Source: Chloroflexota bacterium (GTDB lineage: Bacteria > Chloroflexota > Limnocylindria > Limnocylindrales > CSP1-4). From it: 50,389 bases of DNA. The translations under genes were made by a program, and so were the position numbers. The notes beneath the pieces are model-generated. The model had not been told where the DNA came from. It saw only the letters and a program-made list of their open reading frames with translations, and made no database searches. Positions 43,490 through 50,389 of the stretch are shown here, in pieces. Location of the stretch: positions 1-50,389 of the forward strand of contig JALOOH010000001.1 in assembly GCA_025454515.1 (NCBI GenBank). The letters are read 5' to 3'. Position 1 is the stretch's first letter. The number at the start of each line of letters is the position of its first letter.

Positions 43490-44530
43490 TCAGGCCCGAC
43501 CGGCGAGCCGGCGCAGCTCCGCGTGCGGGCCCGAGATGATCGCGACCTCGCCTGCCCGCAGGACGCGTCCGTCGGGCGGGTTCGCCTCGTAGTCGGCCTC
43601 GCCGTGGACCACGGCGAGGACGAAGATCCCATCGTGGCGCAGCGAGGCGACGTCGCGGTCGGCGAGCGGTGAGCCGGGTGCGATCGAGAGCTCCTCGAGC
43701 GAGAACGCCAGCTGTCCGTGCGAGAGAGCCTGGTCGAGGAAGTCCACGACCCGCGGGCGACTCGCGAGCTCCGCGAGCCGCCGTCCGGCCATCGTGTACG
43801 GCGAGACGACCCGATCGGCGCCGGCGCGGGCGAGCTTCGCCTCGGCCTCGACGGTGGACGCCCGGCCGACGATGAAGAGGCCCGGGTTCAGCGCGCGGGC
43901 GGAGAGGATGACGTACACGTTGTTCGCGTCCGAGTCCATCGTCGCCACGAGGCCGCGGGCGCGGTCGACCCCCGCCGCAAGGAGAGTCGCGTCGTCCGTC
44001 GCGTCGCCCGCGACGACGAGGAGCCCGTCCCGGCGAGCGTGCTCGATCGACGGCTCGTTGCCGTCCACCACGACCATCCGCTGGCCGTCGTGCGTCAGCT
44101 CGCGCGCCACGGTGGAGCCGACGCGCCCGTAGCCGCAGAGCACGAAGTGGTCGCTCATCCCCGCGAGCTCTTCCTCCATCCGCTTCGCCTCCCGCCTCCC
44201 GCTCGTCGCGTCGCGCACGAGCTCCTCCGTGATGATGCCGACCGTCCCGAAGATGATCCCGACACCGGCGATCGCCACCAGCGACGTCCAGATCCGCAGC
44301 GGCTCGTCGAGCTCGCGCACCTCGCGGAACCCCACGGTGGTGAGCGTGATCGCCGTCATATAGAGGGCGTCCGAGACGGACCATCCGCCGATGAGCATGT
44401 ACCCGGCGGTCCCGACGACGAACGCGGCGGCGACGACGAGGAGCCAGATGCGCAGGAGCCGCCACGGCCCCGCGCCCGGCGCGATGGACCTGGTGCGGCC
44501 GCCCGTCACGTGCTCCGCCATCGAGCGCAT
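43490..44530 (-). CDS. Two-TM potassium-channel-like protein with cytoplasmic RCK (TrkA-N/TrkA-C) domains (start 44530 or 44521)
   Basis: The pore region is [18 protein letters not shown]. The RCK Rossmann motif is [18 protein letters not shown]. The C-terminal TrkA-C-like segment is [20 protein letters not shown]. The upstream part of the track ORF was rejected. Confidence 0.85.
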   Translation of the reverse strand: MRSMAEHVTGGRTRSIAPGAGPWRLLRIWLLVVAAAFVVGTAGYMLIGGWSVSDALYMTAITLTTVGFREVRELDEPLRIWTSLVAIAGVGIIFGTVGIITEELVRDATSGRREAKRMEEELAGMSDHFVLCGYGRVGSTVARELTHDGQRMVVVDGNEPSIEHARRDGLLVVAGDATDDATLLAAGVDRARGLVATMDSDANNVYVILSARALNPGLFIVGRASTVEAEAKLARAGADRVVSPYTMAGRRLAELASRPRVVDFLDQALSHGQLAFSLEELSIAPGSPLADRDVASLRHDGIFVLAVVHGEADYEANPPDGRVLRAGEVAIISGPHAELRRLAGRA

Positions 44531-44668
44531 CGTAGGGGACGGTGGCGACGCCCTGCGAGCCGCGGCGGCAGGCGGCGGCCGGCGCGCGCGGCTCGCAGGC
44601 CGCGGAGGCCGGGGCAGCCCCCCGCGCGCGGGAGCGGGCGCGGCCCGCCTCGCGTACCATCGCGCCCC

Positions 44669-45145
44669 ATGAGCCGGCTTCCCGACCTGGGCCCCCGCGG
44701 CGAGGGCTGGGTCGCTATCCAGGGGGTCCTCTTCGTCGTGATCGCGGCCTCGGCCTTCCTGCCGCCAGCGTGGGAGGGCGCGCTGCGCGTCGCGACGGTC
44801 GCCACGGGCGCCGCCCTCATCGTCCTCGGCGGGATCCTCGCCGTGCGCGGCCAGCGCGACCTCGGGCGCAGCCTCACGGTCTTCCCGCGACCGCGGGGCG
44901 ACGCGACCCTCATCGAGGCGGGCGTCTACGCCCGCGTGCGGCACCCGATCTACGGCGGGCTCGTGCTCGCCGCCTTCGGCTGGGGGCTCGTCGGCGCCAG
45001 CCCCGTCGGCCTCGCGCTGGCCGCGGTCCTTCTCGGCTTCTTCGCGCTCAAGTCCACGCGCGAAGAGGCCTGGCTCGCCGACCGGTTCCCCGGCTACCCG
45101 GCGTATCGCGCGCGGACGAAGCGGTTCGTCCCGTTCGTCATCTGA
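44669..45145 (+). CDS. Isoprenylcysteine carboxyl methyltransferase / phospholipid methyltransferase family membrane protein
   Basis: The 158-aa ORF has 4 TM segments and the motifs GVYARVRHPIYGG and EEAWLADRFPGY. Confidence 0.75.
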   Translation: MSRLPDLGPRGEGWVAIQGVLFVVIAASAFLPPAWEGALRVATVATGAALIVLGGILAVRGQRDLGRSLTVFPRPRGDATLIEAGVYARVRHPIYGGLVLAAFGWGLVGASPVGLALAAVLLGFFALKSTREEAWLADRFPGYPAYRARTKRFVPFVI

Positions 45146-45166
45146 TCCCGGCGGCCGAGCGTCCGG

Positions 45167-46093
45167 TCACTCGGCGGGGCACCCGCTCTCCTCGGGGAGG
45201 AGCGGCCGGAGGATGAGCGAGAAAGTCTCGCCGCCGCTTCGCCAGTACGTCAGCTGGTTCGCCGCCTCGAGGGCGGGCCGCAGGGTCGCCAGGTCGTCGC
45301 CGGCCACGACCCCGCACCGCATCGCGGGCTCGGCGCCGGGCCGGAACGGCTCGCCGAACGTCGCGAGAGGGACCGCGAGCGGCCAGTCCACGACGGTCGG
45401 CTCGATCCCCTGGTCCTGGGAGGTCGGATCGGCCGCCTGCGCGTAGACGCGGATCGACGCGAAGTCGAATGGCTCGTCGGCGGAGACGACGTCGGGGCCG
45501 AGCCAGCCGGGCAGGTCGCCGAGCTTCGCCGCGAAGTCGGCGAGCTCCGCGCGGGCTGCCGCGTCCGCGGGCGGGATCATCGACGCGTCCTCGCCGATCC
45601 CGAGCGCGTAGGCGGAGACGCGCGAGGTGGCGCCGCCCGCGTTCACCGTGAAGATCGTCGTCGGGGCGTCGGCGATGCCCGGATAGTCGTAGTGCGCGTC
45701 GTTCCCGAGGATGCCCGCCTCGGCCGCGGCCGCGAGGATCTTCTGGAGACCGTCCTCGGAGATCCGCGCGACGCGCAGGTTCGGGAGCGCCGGCCCCGGG
45801 TAGATCTCGATCCTGGGCCCCTGGGTGATGACACGGCCGTCGCCGTAGATGCTGACGATCGGGAGATTCGAGAGGATCCACTCGTACGGGACGAACCCAC
45901 CGCCTAGCTCCTGCCGCAGGACGAGCTCGTTCGCGCCGGTGGGGTGCATGATCGGCTCGGCGGTCGGCATGGTGCCGGGCGGCGTCCCACCCGCCGGCGG
46001 GGTCGTGGGCGGAGTCGATGCCGCGCCCGTGCAGGCGGCGACGAGCACGGTGGCGAGCGAGAGGGCGGCGGTCGCCGCGACGGTGCGCTTCAT
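45167..46093 (-). CDS. Lipoprotein of unknown function
   Basis: The lipobox is ATVLVAAC-TG, followed by a Pro/Thr linker and a ~250-aa globular domain with two C-terminal Cys. I recognise no family. Confidence 0.7.
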   Translation of the reverse strand: MKRTVAATAALSLATVLVAACTGAASTPPTTPPAGGTPPGTMPTAEPIMHPTGANELVLRQELGGGFVPYEWILSNLPIVSIYGDGRVITQGPRIEIYPGPALPNLRVARISEDGLQKILAAAAEAGILGNDAHYDYPGIADAPTTIFTVNAGGATSRVSAYALGIGEDASMIPPADAAARAELADFAAKLGDLPGWLGPDVVSADEPFDFASIRVYAQAADPTSQDQGIEPTVVDWPLAVPLATFGEPFRPGAEPAMRCGVVAGDDLATLRPALEAANQLTYWRSGGETFSLILRPLLPEESGCPAE

Positions 46094-46136
46094 GGCCGTC
46101 CGACGACCGACCGGCCCGGGCGGTTCCCGCCCGTCG

Positions 46137-47165
46137 TCACGGGACCGCCGTCGGCGAGGCCTCCGGTCCTCCGGCTCCCGGCGAGGTGCTCTCCGCGGGC
46201 GACGCCGGCGCGGAGCCCGCGGGTGCGGACGCGGGCGCCTCGGGCGTCGGGCTCGGCACGGTGCCGTCGATCGTCTGCTGGATCGCCTTCTCGATCTCGC
46301 TGAGCTTCGTCACGCCCTTGACGATGGTCTCTCCCTTCGGTCCGACGATGTGGAACGTGGGCGTGGACGAGATGTCGATCGCGCGCCCTGCCTCGGTCTC
46401 GACGAGCGCGGCGCCGTGCGCCTCGCGCCCGTCCATGCACTCCGCGAACGCCTGTGTGTCCAGGTCCGCGAAGACGGCGAGCTGGGTGAGGTTCTCGGGT
46501 CCGAACGCCCCCTGGTTCTCGCCGCGCTGGGACGCGAACAGGAGGTCGTGATAGCGCCAGTAGGCGCCCTGCTGGCCGGCGCATCGCGCCGCGGCGGCCG
46601 CGTCCACCGACTCCTCGCCGAGGAACGCGAAGTCGCGGAACACGAGCCGGGCCTCGCCCGTGTGCACGAGGTCGCGGAGCAGCGCGGGCTCGACCGCGTG
46701 CGCCATGACGCCGCAGTACGGGCACTGGTAGTCGGCCCAGACCTCGATGAGGACCGGGGCCGCGGGATCGCCGAGGACCGGGGCGGCCCCTGCGCCGGCA
46801 CCTGTGCCTGCGTCCGCGTCGGCACCGGACGGCGCCAGCGTGGGGCTCGCCTGGGCGGCTCCGCCGCCGGGCGTACCGGGCGTGCCCGCCGTGCCACCGC
46901 CGAGCATCCCCGCGGCCGCGAGGACGAGGGCGACGATGGCGCCGCCGGCGACGGCCGCGAGGAGATACCCCCCGGCCCGCGCGATGCGACCGGGGCCCCC
47001 CGGCGCGATGGGCTCCACCTCCACGGGGGAGGGGTGGACGTCGCCCGGCTCCACGGGCTCGAGCGCGGGATCGTCCTCGACGGGGTCCGCGGATGCCGCA
47101 GGGGCGAGCGGGGCGTCGGCGGATCCGGCGTCGATGGCGCCGTCCCGCGGTTCGGTGTCGGTCAT
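46137..47165 (-). CDS. Membrane-anchored DsbA/thioredoxin-family thiol:disulfide oxidoreductase
   Basis: ATG at 47165. It has one TM helix (GGYLLAAVAGGAIVALVLAAAGML). The active site is WADYQCPYCG, and the STPTFHIVG cis-Pro region is present. Confidence 0.8.
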   Translation of the reverse strand: MTDTEPRDGAIDAGSADAPLAPAASADPVEDDPALEPVEPGDVHPSPVEVEPIAPGGPGRIARAGGYLLAAVAGGAIVALVLAAAGMLGGGTAGTPGTPGGGAAQASPTLAPSGADADAGTGAGAGAAPVLGDPAAPVLIEVWADYQCPYCGVMAHAVEPALLRDLVHTGEARLVFRDFAFLGEESVDAAAAARCAGQQGAYWRYHDLLFASQRGENQGAFGPENLTQLAVFADLDTQAFAECMDGREAHGAALVETEAGRAIDISSTPTFHIVGPKGETIVKGVTKLSEIEKAIQQTIDGTVPSPTPEAPASAPAGSAPASPAESTSPGAGGPEASPTAVP

Positions 47166-47296
47166 GGGGTCTCCTCGGGGTCGGTCGCGGCCGGCGGTGG
47201 GCCGGCGGCGGCCAGGGGGGCCATCGTCGCACAGGCGGCCCGCCGGCGCCTCCGGCGCGCTACGCTGGCGGCGCGACGCCGGGACCCGGCGCGGAG

Positions 47297-47686
47297 ATGG
47301 AGCCACGGATGGACGAGACCGTCACGGGGATCGTGCAGGCGCTCGGGCGCTTCCTCGACCTCGCGGGCGTCCTCGCCATCACCGTCGGCTTGCTTCTTGC
47401 GGCGGTACTTGTCGTGCCGGCCCTCGCCCGCGGCGACCGGTCGGCCGCCTACCGGCGCTTCCGCGTCGGCCTGGCGCGTGCGATCGTCCTCGGGCTCGAG
47501 ATCCTCGTCGCGGCAGACATCATCCGCACGGTCGCGCTCGAGCCGACGCTGGAGAACGCGGCCGTCCTGGGCATCATCGTGCTCGTCCGGATGGTCCTGA
47601 GCTTCACGCTGACGGTCGAGATCGAGGGCAGATGGCCGTGGCAGCCGCAGCGTCCGGGCCTGCCGGACGGTGAGCGGATCGGCTGA
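47297..47686 (+). CDS. DUF1622-like small membrane protein
   Basis: The ~129-aa ORF has 3-4 TM segments and the motif GLEILVAADIIRTV. Confidence 0.65.
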   Translation: MEPRMDETVTGIVQALGRFLDLAGVLAITVGLLLAAVLVVPALARGDRSAAYRRFRVGLARAIVLGLEILVAADIIRTVALEPTLENAAVLGIIVLVRMVLSFTLTVEIEGRWPWQPQRPGLPDGERIG

Positions 47687-47741
47687 TCCCTCGTCCGCGA
47701 GCCGGGCCGGATCGAGCCCGACGGGGCTCTGCGACGCAGGC

Positions 47742-48980
47742 CTACGAGACCTCGACGACCCGGTACAGGCGCGAGCCCGACGGCGCAGCGACGGAGACCT
47801 CGTCGCCGGCCGCTGCGCCCAGGAGCGCCTGGCCGAGCGGGGACGTGTCGCTGATCCGGCGCTCGGCCGGCTTCGCCTCGGCGCGGCCGACGACCGTGTA
47901 CGTCTCCCGGGCGCCGTCGTGCTCCACCGTCACGACGGACCCGATCCCCACGACGTGGGTCCGCTCGATGTCGTCGATGACGATGACGGAGTGGAGCAGC
48001 GCCTCGATCTGCGCGACGCGGCCCTCGAGGAAGGACTGCTCCCGCCGCGCCGCCTCGTAGTCGGCGTTCTCCCGGAGGTCGCCGAGCTCCCTCGCCGCCT
48101 TGATCCGTGCGACGATCGCAGGCCGCTCCACCGTGGTGAGGTGCGTGAGCTCCGCCTTGAGTGCCGCGAGCCCGGCCGCCGTCAGGTGCGTGACGGCCTG
48201 TGTCGTCGGCGCCGCCTGGTCCTTCGCTCCCGGGGTCCGTGGCTTCCTGGGAGCCCGCTCGGCCGCCGCGCGCGAGGCTGCCGAGCGCGCCCGCGCGGAC
48301 GGCTTCGCCATCGGGCCGCCGGCCGCGCCGGAGAGCGCCGTGCCGGGCTTCACCGCGGCCTCCTCGTCCGGCCGGAAGAGGTTCGCCAACCCGTGCTCGA
48401 CCCTCCGTCCGTCCGGTGCCTCGACGTTGCCGTACGGCAGCACGAGGGTCGGGTCGGGGAGGCGCGCGGCCCAGACGGGATCCACGCCGCGTCCGAACGC
48501 CTCGAACGCCGCGTCCGCGTACTCCTCGGCCGCTTCCGTCACCGCCCACCAGAGCCGGAGCTTGGCCACGTCCTTCAGCACGCGGAGCCGCCACGCTCCG
48601 CCGAACGGCCGCCGATCGCCCATCGGCGTCGCCGCCAGCGCCGCCGCCCTCCCGCCGAGCGACTTCGTCGTGGAGCCGATGAACAGGACGGTCTCGCCCG
48701 GCAGCCACCACCGGCGCAGGTCCGCGGCCAGCTCGTGCGGTGTCGGCGTCCTCCCGTCGAGCGTCAGCTCGGGGACGCGCTCGAGCCACGCCCGGAGCGC
48801 ATGGTGATCGACGGGCATCTCGGGGTGGGGTGCAGCGATCTCGACGACGAAGATCCCGGGCTTCGCGCTCCGGAGCGCGGCGCCCCAGAGCACGGGGCCG
48901 TCCGCGAGGAGGCCGAGCCCCGCGAGCAGCTCGCGGGCGGTGGGCCCGGGCAGGGCCGGAGGGGGAGGGGTGGGCGGCAT
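47742..48980 (-). CDS. greA: Transcript cleavage factor GreA fused in-frame to a ~225-aa N-terminal GIY-YIG-like domain and a basic linker
   Basis: The C-terminal ~150 aa form a complete GreA: the coiled coil has the acidic tip GDLRENADYEAARREQ, and the C-domain shows VGIGSVVTV and ISDTSPLGQALLG. The N-terminal part shows PGIFVVEI ... VLFIGSTTKSLGGR ... AEEYADAAFEAF ... LPYGN. There is no stop between the parts, and an internal ATG lies at 48311. Confidence 0.8.
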   Translation of the reverse strand: MPPTPPPPALPGPTARELLAGLGLLADGPVLWGAALRSAKPGIFVVEIAAPHPEMPVDHHALRAWLERVPELTLDGRTPTPHELAADLRRWWLPGETVLFIGSTTKSLGGRAAALAATPMGDRRPFGGAWRLRVLKDVAKLRLWWAVTEAAEEYADAAFEAFGRGVDPVWAARLPDPTLVLPYGNVEAPDGRRVEHGLANLFRPDEEAAVKPGTALSGAAGGPMAKPSARARSAASRAAAERAPRKPRTPGAKDQAAPTTQAVTHLTAAGLAALKAELTHLTTVERPAIVARIKAARELGDLRENADYEAARREQSFLEGRVAQIEALLHSVIVIDDIERTHVVGIGSVVTVEHDGARETYTVVGRAEAKPAERRISDTSPLGQALLGAAAGDEVSVAAPSGSRLYRVVEVS

Positions 48981-49098
48981 GACCGTCAGCCTATCCGAGC
49001 GACCCGGAGACTGCTCGTCGAACCGGTGCCGGTCCCGGTGACCGCCGGCCGAGCGACTGGACCCGCCCGGCCGGCGGTGGGATCGACGGGTCGTCGGG

Positions 49099-50325
49099 TC
49101 AGGCGGTCGCCTTCCCCGGCTCGATCTCCGTCATCGCGTGATGGATGCCCAGGGCGTCCATCAGGCTGAGGAACGGATCGGGATCCATCTCCTCGGGGAT
49201 GACGATCCCCTCGGCCTTCCACGCGCCCTCGGCGATGAGCTCCATCGCGAGGACCGGGTTGAATCCGGTCTGCCAGCCCACGACCTGGAGTCCGTGGTTC
49301 CGCCAGATCTCCTGCGCGTCGGCCATCTGGTACAGGTAGACCTCGCGCGGCCGGCCGTCCTTCACGCCGGTCACCCAGGTCCCCACGATCGCGCGGCCGA
49401 ACATGCGGTCGCCCACCGTCATCGGGTCCGGCGTCAGCGCCATGACGACGTCGCGCGGCGCGACCTCCACGTTGCCGACCCGGATCTTCTTCGTCGAGTC
49501 GAGGCCGAGCTTGTGGAGCGTCTTGAGGATCTCGATGAACTCGGCGCCGAGCGCGTACTTGAACGAGGCGCTCCGCACGTCGAGTGCCCGCGGGATGAGG
49601 GCGACCTCCTCGTGCTCCACGTTGACGCACTCGACCGGCCCCACGCCCTCCGGGAAGATGAACCTCTCGGCGCCGGAGAACGGCTCCGTGGTGAACCAGC
49701 CGCGGTCCTTCTCGTAGAGCAGCGGCGGGTTGAGGCACTCCTCGATCGTCGTCCAGATGCTGAAGACCGTCGCGAACGCATACCCGGCGATGTACATGTC
49801 GCCGCCGTCGCGGACGTGCGCCCCGTGGACCTCGTCGAACAGGTCTCTCGCCGCCTTCTTCGCGAACACGTCCGTGAGGCCGGGGTCCATCCCGATGCCC
49901 AGGAGGGCCATCCGGCCGCTCGCCCTCCACGCGTCGGCCAGCGCGAACTGGCGTTCGCCGAGCATGACGCCCACCTTGCGGAACGGGTCGTCGGGGTGGG
50001 GCTCGGACAGGCTCACGGCCATGTCGACGTAGTCGATCCCCGCCTCCAGCGCCGCCTCGAAGATGGGCATGACGAAGCGCGGGTCGACCGAGTTCATCAC
50101 CAGGTCGACCTTCTCCGCCTTCGCGAGCGCGACGATGTCGGCCTTGCGGCCGGCGTCGAGCCGCACGGCCGTGTAGCGCTCGTCGTTCCCGACGACGCCG
50201 AGCACGTACTGGGCGCGCTCGAGGTTGTAGTCCGCGAGGACCATCTTCTCGAGCCACGGGCGTCCGCGGCTGAGCTTCGCGATCGCCTCTCCGACGGTGC
50301 CCGTCCCGATGAGCAGGACCTTCAT
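49099..50325 (-). CDS. Saccharopine dehydrogenase family NAD(P)-binding enzyme
   Basis: ATG at 50325 follows GGAAGGAG. The Rossmann N-terminus is MKVLLIGTGTVGEAIA. The GMDPGLTDVF motif is typical of the Sacchrp_dh family. Confidence 0.8.
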   Translation of the reverse strand: MKVLLIGTGTVGEAIAKLSRGRPWLEKMVLADYNLERAQYVLGVVGNDERYTAVRLDAGRKADIVALAKAEKVDLVMNSVDPRFVMPIFEAALEAGIDYVDMAVSLSEPHPDDPFRKVGVMLGERQFALADAWRASGRMALLGIGMDPGLTDVFAKKAARDLFDEVHGAHVRDGGDMYIAGYAFATVFSIWTTIEECLNPPLLYEKDRGWFTTEPFSGAERFIFPEGVGPVECVNVEHEEVALIPRALDVRSASFKYALGAEFIEILKTLHKLGLDSTKKIRVGNVEVAPRDVVMALTPDPMTVGDRMFGRAIVGTWVTGVKDGRPREVYLYQMADAQEIWRNHGLQVVGWQTGFNPVLAMELIAEGAWKAEGIVIPEEMDPDPFLSLMDALGIHHAMTEIEPGKATA

Positions 50326-50389
50326 GGCCGATGACTCCTTCCGGCGGGCCCCCGACCGCGCCACCACGGCGCCGGGCCGCCCCGCATCG

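Overview
Very GC-rich window (by eye well above 70% G+C; genuine frames have almost only G/C at codon position 3). It is gene-dense and looks chromosomal. The source is probably an Actinomycetota-like bacterium, but that is only a guess from gene content. Because of the GC content, the six-frame track is full of long spurious, antisense or chimeric ORFs. I kept 44 CDS that show family motifs, signal peptides or TM patterns, purine-rich RBS tracts, or 4-nt start/stop overlaps. Order of content: two paralogous secreted Ig-like repeat proteins; a stand-alone MgtE-type sensor protein coupled to a non-canonical NRAMP-like transporter; a GGDEF cyclase; a membrane protein; a TPR/acidic-tail protein plus a 942-aa degenerate methylase/Zn-ribbon/nuclease-like protein; DUF885; a minus-strand carotenoid operon (two cyclase subunits, an elongase-GT2 fusion, crtI, crtB, a plsY-like gene); an aminotransferase; MscS; acs plus a coupled unknown ORF; a coiled-coil protein; moaA; an RDD protein; a 555-bp repeat-rich intergenic region; purine nucleoside phosphorylase; thyX; MFS; SRPBCC; LysE; two paralogous lipoproteins; a homocysteine S-methyltransferase; a five-gene Opp/Dpp-type ABC importer; an RCK-gated K+ channel; ICMT-like; a lipoprotein; DsbA-like; DUF1622; a GreA with a long N-terminal extension; a saccharopine-dehydrogenase-like enzyme. 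I recognised no rRNA, tRNA, CRISPR array, transposase, integrase or phage genes. Nothing matches a named defence or mobile system. The best candidates for something undescribed are: (1) the promoter-driven TPR + inactivated-methylase/PD-(D/E)xK-like pair at 8463..12263; (2) the split MgtE-sensor / NRAMP-like operon at 3321..6164; (3) the GIY-YIG-like::GreA fusion at 47742..48980; (4) the repeat and hairpin array upstream of the nucleoside phosphorylase gene at 29190..29744; (5) the lycopene-elongase::glycosyltransferase fusion in the carotenoid operon. All functional calls rest on motif recognition by eye, with no database search, and should be treated as hypotheses.
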